Assembly: GCF_006345805.1 (NCBI RefSeq)
Contig: NC_043015.1
Coordinates: 37,820,001 to 37,884,000, forward strand
Direction of reading: 5' to 3'
From: Octopus sinensis
Taxonomy: Eukaryota
Length of the DNA: 64,000 bases
Shown here: positions 49,634 through 58,459 of the stretch, in pieces
Numbering within the stretch: position 1 is the first letter of the stretch
Layout of the letters: each line of letters opens with the position of its first letter
The notes under the pieces: generated by a model
Told to the model about the DNA's origin: nothing
What the model saw: the letters and a program-made list of their open reading frames with translations, nothing else
Database searches by the model: none
Position numbers and translations under genes: made by a program

Positions 49634-50268
49634 TCCCCCAGCCCTACTGCATTTCATATAATGCAACATCTGTTTTTTAAAAAAAAAATCCATTCTCTCT
49701 TTTGCGTGCTATTTGCATTTAATGTCTAACGATCCTTTTTCTCTTAGGACTTCTGGTGTGTAAAATAATCTAAAAAGCACTACTACCCTGGTTAAACTTT
49801 ATGGCATGGATTTAGCTTTGCTTGCTCCTCTGACAAACTGTCCTGGCTATATCTTTGCTAGTTCACTTCAACCAAGGTGATGGGAGGTAGAATTTTGCTA
49901 AATCTTTCTAAATGCCTATTTTCAAACTCTCAGCCATCTTCTCTGTGTTTGTTCTAATTTAAAAGAATTAATCACATTTTTCTCTGCTGGATCTTAAACC
50001 CCATCAGTCATCTGTTCTGGGTTTGGTAAAAAAAAATCTTTTCTCTTTTGCTTGGTCCTCTTCTCATGGTTTTTCTCTCTTGCATGCCTTGGTCCTTGGT
50101 CTTGCAAAATCTTGGGGTACCTTGTTACATTTTCTTGACTTACTTACAGGTAATCTTTTTCTTCTTCTTCCCCGCCCACCCTTCTAAACTTTGACATGTC
50201 TTTAATCCTCATAAAAACCGTTCCTTCTGAGGCTCTAGCCTGATTCTTTGCATTTCTCTTGCTTGTAG

Positions 50269-50289
50269 CTCCCGGAGTGGGTCCGCCAG
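50269..50289 (+). CDS. PTBP1: PTB 21-nt linker microexon (APGVGPP)
   Basis: Pyrimidine tract then ttgtag|CTCCCGGAGTGGGTCCGCCAG|gtaagt. Phase 1-1, frame-preserving, consensus donor, GC-rich island in a U/C-rich intron. Confidence 0.75.
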
Positions 50290-50624
50290 GTAAGTCTCTC
50301 TTCCAACTCTTTTGGTAGCCTTATCCCCCCCACCTTTTTTTTTTTTTTTTCAACTCTACCTGTAATGTTTCTAATCCCTCCTCTCTCTGCATGTTCTGCT
50401 GTTTGTCTCTAACCATACTCTCCATTCTCTTCTTTCTCATTTCATCTCTCTCTCTCTACTAACAACTGCTGCTGTGAGTTTTCTATACTGTTTAGTCGTT
50501 AGTCGTGTAGTGTTTGTTTATCAGGACTGACCGGTCTTCTAATTAACTTCAGCATCCAACTAACGAGGAGACTGATTTGACTAATGTCAATTAATCTGAA
50601 AGGCATTTTATTGTCTACAAAGGC

Positions 50625-50625
<1 letters not shown>

Positions 50626-50668
<43 letters not shown>
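50626..50668. repeat. (CT)n microsatellite
   Basis: Direct inspection. Many further (CT)n, (CA)n, (TG)n, (CTA)n and (TAA)n tracts are not listed. Confidence 0.9.
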
Positions 50669-50672
<4 letters not shown>

Positions 50673-51019
50673 CTCTTTCTTTCTTTCTTGTTGAGGCTTC
50701 GTTACTAATCTTGTAAATCTCTGTTGATTGTGAGTCTGTCTGTCCGTCCTGTTATATGTTAATAAAACTGCTGTTTTGTCCCTGATCTTTGCTTTGTCAA
50801 CACTGAACAAGCAGACCATTGATCAAAATCATTCCAACCATGACCATCCCGTGTAAACATTTAGAACTCCAATATGATTGCCATTTTGAGATGAAGTGTG
50901 GTTTGAGGGAGATCTCTTTTACTCTGGGTCTACAGGGACCAGCGATTGGTGACCCTCACCTATGATCTTTATTTAATAAACCTCTACACTCATGCATATG
51001 TTTTCACATGCATCAGCAT

Positions 51020-51275
51020 TAGACTATGGCCATGGTGAAGCACTGCCTTGGAGAAATTTTGATTGAACCCATTGACCCCTTACAACATCGGTCTCTGTTG
51101 CTAAACCACTGTTATGGAGATGTCGACACACCAACGCCAGTTGTCATGGTGGACAAACACAGACTCTCACACACACAATCTACTACATATGACAGGCTTC
51201 TTTCAGTTTCCATCTGCCAAATCTACTGACTTTGGTTAGACCAAGGCTAGAGTAGAAGACGTTTGCTCAAGGTAC
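51020..51275 (-). mobile_element. SINE family A copy lacking head
   Basis: gacaggcttctttcagtttccatctgccaaat..gtagaagacgtttgctcaaggt. Confidence 0.75.
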
Positions 51276-51758
51276 TACTACTACCACAGTCACCCCTGTA
51301 CCTATAGCATTGTGTAATAGTTTTTCTGGGGTATCTGGATATGTGTTTTGGGTTGAATTGATGTCTCCTTTCTGTAGAATATGGTTTTTGTCTCTTGTAT
51401 AATGCAAGTCACTTCATTCCAAGTCCATTCTCCCGTGCTAGTATGGATTAGACAAATGAAAGATGCTCTCCTAAGAGGTCACCCATGTTGACTGGCCTAT
51501 AAGAAGCACCCTACCCCACACCTCAAAATTACCCTGGCTCCTCAAAGCTGGACAGCATATAAGCTAATTTTTGTCCCTGGCACTCTGTATATGCCCTGCT
51601 GAAACTGGGATGCCTCCACTCCACCCGTGTCTTTTGTGCCCTCAAACACGGTCGTTGCCATGGGGATTCACAACAGAGAGTGGAAAAATAGTTCTTCTGT
51701 TTTCTCTTGGTGATATTTTTACCAATTTGGGGCTAAATTGGTTAATTTCAAATTACCT

Positions 51759-51954
51759 TTAACCCTTTTGATATTCAGCTTACCTTGTTAAATGTTCTGT
51801 TTGTTTATTCACATTGCTTTGAATTATTCATGCAGTATTTTGTACCTTTGAGGTGTGAATAATGAGATTTTTAGAATGTTGTAAGGATAGGTGTGAGGGG
51901 CCAGTTTGGACAGGGTTTAGATGTGTCCAGTTTGAAATGCTGATAACAGGTTAA
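51759..51954. mobile_element. MITE family D with TTAA-flanked CCCTTT termini (piggyBac-like)
   Basis: ttaaccctttt...aatgctgataacaggttaa. Internal tagaatg..gtaaggataggtgtgag is shared with other copies. Confidence 0.7.
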
Positions 51955-52717
51955 TGTAAAATGGTGTGTGTGTGTTTCCCGACCCCTTTTTGACATTCTG
52001 GTTGTCCAGTGATGTTAACTTTGTCTTCTTGACCCCGTGAACCATTGTTTCATGTTAACATCGGTGAACATTGTCGTTCACTGCACTGTTTACAGGCAAA
52101 TTGGTAGGCGATAAGTAAGCATTGTAGTAATTAGCAGTTTCGTAAATTCTTCGTCTGGAACCAGACTTCACAGCAGCAACATTTGTAGCACATCTCTGAA
52201 CCACCGTTTAATGAGGGGCATCTTTGTGGGGTCCTCCTACTTAACTGCCACTTTCCCCCCATTTTCTTCTCTCTCTCTCTCGTTAATATTCTTGCATGTT
52301 TCATTTTATGTATCTATCTGTCTTACTCTCTCTCTCTTTCTCTCAATACTAACCTACTTTCATGTATTTTTTTTTAGATTCATTTTTGCATTTAAAACCA
52401 AGACTTTACAATTCCAATTTAGAAATTTAAAATCAATCCACAATTATTTATATTTAAATAAAATTATCTTTGTAAACTGTAAAGCTTATTGCAAACATCT
52501 TATTAGGAACAGCCCTGCTTCATCATCACTGTTAGCCAAGTTCTAAATGATTAATACTAATAATACTAATAATAATAATAATAGTGTGAAGTGACAACAG
52601 AGTGTTAAACGACAACGGCTGCTGCTGCGGTTACAACTAAACTCAAGGTGTGGGTTCTTCACTGAAGCAGGGACTAATGTAGTCAAATTAATTGTGTTGC
52701 TTTTTTTGTTCTATCAG

Positions 52718-52836
52718 CTGTACCGATGTCTGGCTTTGGTTTGACTGCTGCAGGTATGGGTGCTGCACGGCTCAGTATGCCCTTACAATCTCAAGCTGGT
52801 AACTGTGTGCTCTTGGTTTCCAATCTGGATGAAGAG
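52718..52836 (+). CDS. PTBP1: PTB exon, linker end and RRM3 start (AVPMSGFGL...AGNCVLLVSNLDEE)
   Basis: tatcag| acceptor, GAG|gtatgt donor, 119 nt. Human equivalent is AGNSVLLVSNLNPE. Confidence 0.96.
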
Positions 52837-54005
52837 GTATGTGCCCTTTATTTATTTGATACGTATATTGTCTAGTTTATACCCTGACATCTATACAGAA
52901 GAAAGAAAAAATAAAAAATAAAAAAACGTTTATCTGGACAGAAAGACTGGGGTATTAAGGTCTACCACCACCTCTACATTCGCAGGCCTCTACATTCTGC
53001 GACCTATCTGCCTGCGCCATCTCCTTTCCATTCTCTAATCTCACTGCATCATTTGAGTGGACAACTTCCCACAAAATGGCTGCCCACAAGTGTTTTGCTG
53101 TTTGACCAGGAATCTTTTTTTTTCTTCTTTCATTTTTTTTTTAGATTTTTAGAATTTGTCTCTTTCTCTGGTTCCTTCGCAGAACTTTTACTACCAAAAA
53201 AAAATATTTTTGTTGTGAAGACTTTTTCTTTTATCTCCTCCTCCTCCCCACCCCAATCCATGTGCTCCTCTGCCTAACAAACTCATGATGGATCAAGATT
53301 GGTTTTGGATATGGTGCTAACTGCAAACTTCTTGTGTCTTCCAAACACTGTCTGTAGAAAAAGCTCCTCCTCCTCCGACATATCACCTAATGGTTAGGGG
53401 GTGGGGCAGGATTTCTCATTTTTCTTCGATGCATCATCTCATGAGAAACAATTCTTCCACTTCTCAACAATTTCCTCCTGCTTTGGTCCACCAATTCTTT
53501 GTCTTTGTCTGCTGGAGCCACCCAAACCTCTGACCATTATCGCTGTGGTTTCTTGACCCAGTCTCTTCTACATCAGCTAGCTCTGTCCACATCTGACCAT
53601 CTCTCACAAAACCTCACAATTCCTTACAAATAACACTTGGCTCTTTTAGAATACCTTTTCCCCACCCCCCTCTCTCTCTTTTTTTTTTTTTTCCAAAATT
53701 TCAACCAAATGCTCCCTCTCCTCTCCTTCAATACTTCGTTATGCATGCTTCCTCATTAGCATGTCTTTTTTTTTTCCCTCCCTCTCTCTCTCTCCCCCTT
53801 CCCCCCACTAATTACCCACCTCTTCTCTCTCTCTCTCTCTCCTCCTCCTCCTATACTGATGCTACTGCTACACTAGCTGTCCAACTAACCACCCTTGACC
53901 AGCCACTGCTGCCTGTACCACACTGTATTACTTTCATTGATATTGTTGTTCTTGCTCTTTTTCAGAGTTTTATCTTCCATTTTACACACTCATGTATCAA
54001 CAAAA

Positions 54006-54170
54006 CTGATTTGTTCCTATTTTCTCTTTTTTTTCTTTTTTTTCTTTTTTTTTTTTTTCCGTCCCAACTTACTTCGCTGGTGTTCCTCCACATGGACTAT
54101 CTATCGCTCGCTCGGACACTGATCTCACCCTATCTTCCGCTCTGCTATATTCCTGTTCCTATGACTCTAG
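54006..54170 (+). promoter_or_regulatory. Candidate distant branch point and polypyrimidine tract for the 34-nt exon
   Basis: No AG dinucleotide from 53968 to 54168. CTGAT at 54006-54010 is followed directly by a ~50-nt almost pure U/C tract. Confidence 0.6.
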
Positions 54171-54204
54171 ATGGTCACGCCCGACGTTCTTTTTACCCTT
54201 TTTG
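54171..54204 (+). CDS. PTBP1: PTB 34-nt exon (MVTPDVLFTLF), counterpart of PTBP1 exon 11 / PTBP2 exon 10
   Basis: ctctag|ATGGTCACGCCCGACGTTCTTTTTACCCTTTTTG|gtatgt. 34 nt, phase 0 to 1, needed to keep frame. Human equivalent is RVTPQSLFILF. Confidence 0.93.
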
Positions 54205-54733
54205 GTATGTTTTTAAGCACTCTTTTATTTCATTTGACAATTTATATAGAAAAACTTAGAAAAGCTAAGTGACATTTCATTTAATGTTCTCTCTTTTAAC
54301 ACCAAGAGATGTGCTGCTGCTGCCGCTGCCACTGCTGCTACCTGACTGAGTCTCTATTGTGTCCAGCTCTATTTCTTTTAGTGCCAACTAACTTAACCAA
54401 ACCTTCTCCAAGATCACTCACTTCAGCTTCTTCTAAATTAATAACCAGTCTTGAAACCAATTACTTCCATCATGCTTTATTTATATATTTTTTTTAATTG
54501 TTTTTAGTTTTCTTTCTTTTTTTTTTAATTAATTAATTTTCTGACCCCTCCCCTCCCCCTTTTCATCTTTCTCTCTTTCTCTTCCTCTCTCCTGACAACA
54601 GGTGAGGTGTTCAGTGTTTGATTATTTTCCAACATAGCCTAAAGAACCGTTTTAATAAAGTATGATGGTTACTTCTTCCAAGGGCTGCGTGGGTTTTTCA
54701 TACATAAAGTTACACTCAAAAGATTACTTTTTT

Positions 54734-54770
<37 letters not shown>

Positions 54771-55447
54771 TCTTCCCCTCCTCAGGTAAGTGGTGGTGGA
54801 GACCCTGGCTGTGTCAGGAGGTTCAGTCAGGTATTTTAGTCTGGTATCATATGGTCCACTCTGCTCAAAATACGCATGCTCTTGAGATAGCACAGATTTT
54901 ATGTAACACACACACACACACAGTTTTGGTTTCGCTAATGGCTCATCCAATTTCCATTCCCAAAACTCGACCATTGGGCATTTTTAATCAGAAATTATGC
55001 AGAACCTCTTTAGAACAGCATTGATTATTGTTGTATTCAAAACTTATTCTGGCACCTTCCATTTTCACATATTGTTCTTGGGCGTTCACCACATGTTGTA
55101 CTTATTTTACACAATATTCTGATTCACTCCATGTTGACATGGAAACAGCTACACACACACTCACACATGTATATCCTAATAAAGCAATGCAGGCTCCTTG
55201 AATCCTAATTTGGGCCACTTTTAAAGAAAGAGACTGGCCTCTGTTGGCACAAAAACAAACTTGTCCTTCCTTGTTAAGGCCAAACCACTACGGTATGGTG
55301 CAGGGTGGGGTGTGAGTTCCATGTTAAGGTGTTTCGAAGACGGGGTTTTGGCTAGTGTCTTCCTAAGACCCAGTCCTCGACAAATCTAGTTCGGTTCATC
55401 GGTTTTTACTCCAGTCTCAGTACATGTTGTGCTTTTTATTTTACTAG

Positions 55448-55540
55448 GTGTGTACGGTGATGTGCAACGCGTGAAAATCCTTTTCAACAAGAAGGATAAT
55501 GCACTGGTACAAATGGCGGAGCCTCACCATGCTCAATTAG
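55448..55540 (+). CDS. PTBP1: PTB exon, RRM3 ([31 protein letters not shown])
   Basis: tactag| acceptor, G|gtaagt donor, 93 nt. Confidence 0.97.
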
Positions 55541-55683
55541 GTAAGTTCTCTCCTCCCTACCCCCCCTCACTCTTTGGCTCTTCCGGTTGTAATTTATCAA
55601 CTTAAATCCTTTCCGATCCTGACCCCCCACACACACACAACACACCTCTAATGTTTCGTTTTCTCTCTTTCTCTCTGTTTCAG

Positions 55684-55781
55684 CCAAAACTTACCTGGAT
55701 AAGCTGACTTTGTATGGCAAACAGATCAGGGTGGCTCCCTCCAAACACACAGTGGTCCAGATGCCCAAGGAAGGCCAGCAG
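55684..55781 (+). CDS. PTBP1: PTB exon, RRM3 end ([33 protein letters not shown])
   Basis: tttcag| acceptor, CAG|gtagca donor, 98 nt. Confidence 0.96.
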
Positions 55782-55888
55782 GTAGCAAATATCTATCCGT
55801 TGGCATTGATGGATTTCACTTGAAATTTGAAATTAATCGGTTTTGTTTTTTCTTGTATCATTCTGCTATTGCTTGGTTCTCGTTGCAG

Positions 55889-56007
55889 GATTCCGGCTTA
55901 ACAAGAGACTACACAAATTCCCCACTCCACAGATTCAAGCGACCTGGCTCAAAGAACTGTCAGAATATATTCCCCCCCTCAGCAGTTTTGCATTTATCTA
56001 ACATTCC
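55889..56007 (+). CDS. PTBP1: PTB exon, RRM3-4 linker and RRM4 start ([40 protein letters not shown])
   Basis: ttgcag| acceptor, CC|gtgagt donor, 119 nt. Confidence 0.97.
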
Positions 56008-56116
56008 GTGAGTATCCCCGGACCCACTTTCTTCCGGCTCCAAATCTTCTTGAATATTTCAGTTCTGCTCATGTTTTATTCCATTCATTGAATCTCTTTT
56101 ATTTTACCGTCTTCAG

Positions 56117-56191
56117 ATCTAATGTTCCTGAAGAACAGCTCAAAGATATGTTTGCTGAATATGGCACTGTAAAAGGGTTCAAATTCTTTCC
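56117..56191 (+). CDS. PTBP1: PTB exon, RRM4 (SNVPEEQLKDMFAEYGTVKGFKFF)
   Basis: cttcag| acceptor, CC|gtaagt donor, 75 nt, phase 2-2. Confidence 0.96.
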
Positions 56192-56228
56192 GTAAGTATT
56201 TTGTTTTCTCTCTCTTTATTTATGAAGG

Positions 56229-56400
56229 TTGGGCCAGGGGTGGTTTAAGAAGTTCATTTCCCAATCCCCTGCTTCCAGGTTCACTCCCACTGCACTGCAC
56301 CTTGGCCAAATGTCGTCTCTAATAGTTCTGGGCCAACCAAAGCCTTGGCAGTGGGGATTTCGTGGGCAGAAACTGAAGGATCTTTCTATGTGTGTGTTTG
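56229..56400 (+). mobile_element. SINE family A copy
   Basis: ggggtggtttaagaagtt..ccaggttcactcccactgcactgcaccttggccaa..ccaaccaaagccttg..gaaactgaa. Confidence 0.75.
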
Positions 56401-57513
56401 TGCCTGTATCTGTTTCCATTGGCATGTGACTGTAGTTGCTGTGTTTAGCTCACAATTTTAAGATCGTGGGTTCAATTCCTCACATTGCTCCTGTCCTCTC
56501 GACTGGCCGAAATGTGTTGTACCTGTAATTGCCACACTTCATGTAGTTGTGCTGTCCTTTTTTGAGAACTACATTTGGTTGGGGTGGGTGGGGCATGTCT
56601 GGAGTGCTCAGTTGATTGGATGAATAGGATCTGAGTGTCCAGTTTGGTAAGGTGGTCAGTGCTCTTCACTAGAAACTGTCCATCATCTGCTTCATGCTTT
56701 CAATGCCATGTGGAGTAACATCTTTCTTACTTAAAAATGTGGTTAGTGAGAGGAAAGGCATCAGGCTGTGAGCCAATGCTATCTAACTCATGCTGGCATG
56801 GAAAAGCAGACGTAAGACCTAATCTCTCTTGACTGGTTTTGCCAATGACCAAAATTCTTATCTTACCAAACGTTTCAACGCTCAGTATAGACGAGTGTGT
56901 GATTTAAGGTTTGGCCACCCCTCATCATGTGACTGCATAATGGCTCCCATGTTGTCCTTTCACTTATTAATATGGCTGCTGTTACTCTACACAGTAATAT
57001 ATTTACTAATTATTTAGAGTTATTTCACTTCAGTGTTTGCTGTTAATAAATAATGGTATTTAATGATGGACCCATGTAGACTGTTTTGGAAGTCACCCCA
57101 CTCGCCTTTATAAAATGCTGGGCAGCTCTGCTATCTTTCCTATTGCAATATGCCTGCGCTTGTTTGTCCACAATACTTTACCCTGACACAAACGCACCCC
57201 CTCCTCTCCTTCGTTGATTGGTTTGTTTTTTGGTTTTTTTTTCTTGCAAGTTACTTAGTGATTTCGTTGGTGCCAGCAGCAGAAAAAGATGCCCATTCAG
57301 TACAAACTGTAAATTGGTTGGCATTAGGAAGAGTATCCAGCTACGAGGGACCCATTTCCTGGCTGGCACTGGAAATTGATGCAGCCCCTCAGCCCACCCA
57401 GGTCCTGTCAAACTGTCTGGCCCATCCTTTGCATGGGAGTTGGAGGGTGGAATGGACAATGAATGGTGATGATTTGGTGCTTGGTCTACCAGTACTTTTG
57501 ATTGGCCAAAATA

Positions 57514-57640
57514 TTTAACCTGTTTTTACATTCAAACTGGCCAGATCTAGTCTTTCCCACCTGCCCTACAATGTTATTTTAAGATCTTGAAACTGAGAGA
57601 CAATTCAAAACAATTAAGCGTAATATCAATGTTATAGGAT
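57514..57640. mobile_element. MITE family D degenerate copy
   Basis: ttaacctgtttttacattcaaactggccagatct..cccacctgccctacaatgttatt. Confidence 0.6.
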
Positions 57641-57740
57641 TAAGTGGAGGAGTTAAAACTCATCGGCTGTATTTATAGTTTTTGATAAAAGTATTTGTAA
57701 AAAATTTTTCCTTTTTTTTTTTTTTTTTTTTTCCTTCTAG

Positions 57741-57804
57741 GAAAGACAGGAAAATGGCCCTCATCCAAATGGGATCCATTGAAGAAGCTGTGAAAGCTCT
57801 TATT
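57741..57804 (+). CDS. PTBP1: PTB exon, RRM4 (KDRKMALIQMGSIEEAVKALI)
   Basis: ttctag| acceptor after long U tract, ATT|gtaagt donor, 64 nt. Confidence 0.97.
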
Positions 57805-58390
57805 GTAAGTATTTGTTTCTCCTTAACCTGATTCATGCTTTGCCCTGTCTGTACATTGTGCTATTCTTACCCCCTCTAACCATGGCGCTCATGACTGATG
57901 TAGTACACTCTATTCTTGCTCTTCAAAATCCTTGGTGATGCAACATGTAGCTGGTGCTCATGTAGAATAGGATTCCATAAGTTGAGCAAGAAACCTTTAA
58001 CAATCCTGGCAATTGTCTAAGCTACTTTCTTTGATAGCATTGAAGACACCCCCCACCCCAAAAGAAAAATGGCTTGAAAAAAATAAAAGAAAACCACCCT
58101 GGGTACCTACATGCAGAGTTGGAACTCCCATAAGTTAATCTTATCCCTGGTTGTACATTTTTTTTTTTCACCTGCTGAAATCGTGCATCCAAGTAGTGCC
58201 ATGTATTTTGTCTGCCATCAAATACACTGTGTTGGTCACTGAATGTAAAGCCCCCCTTTCTTCCCTCCCCCCTCAAGCTTTTGTCAACGTCCCACTTTAA
58301 AAAAAAATGCCTAATCCTTGGGTCAATTCTGGAAATCCTAACCAAATGCTCTTCTTTTTTCTTCCTCTCTTTCTCTCTCTCTCTTTGCAG

Positions 58391-58459
58391 TGCCTCCACA
58401 ACTATCCTTTGAGTGAAAGCAATCATTTGCGTGTTTCATTTTCCAAGTCAACAATTTGA
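58391..58459 (+). CDS. PTBP1: PTB last coding exon (CLHNYPLSESNHLRVSFSKSTI*)
   Basis: ttgcag| acceptor, TGA at 58457-58459, conserved C-terminus HLRVSFSKSTI. Confidence 0.97.
   Translation, partial: CLHNYPLSESNHLRVSFSKSTI

Larger units (their letters stand above)
32616..58459 (+). other. PTBP1: Span of PTB (PTBP1/2/3, hephaestus orthologue) gene from first identified coding exon to stop codon; 4-RRM RNA-binding splicing regulator
   Basis: Exons below join in phase with GT-AG boundaries. They give PTB-diagnostic motifs: [75 protein letters not shown]. These separate it from hnRNP L. The symbol is given for the family; this is likely a single invertebrate orthologue. Confidence 0.97.

Noticed and set aside
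53358-53392. 35-nt AG..GT segment as a possible mutually exclusive partner of the 34-nt exon
   Set aside because: No similarity to VTPxxLFxLF, an in-frame TAA, and weak splice sites.
53741-54259. 172-aa plus-strand ORF over the 34-nt exon
   Set aside because: It is open only because the pyrimidine tract lacks stop codons. The real exon is read in a different frame.
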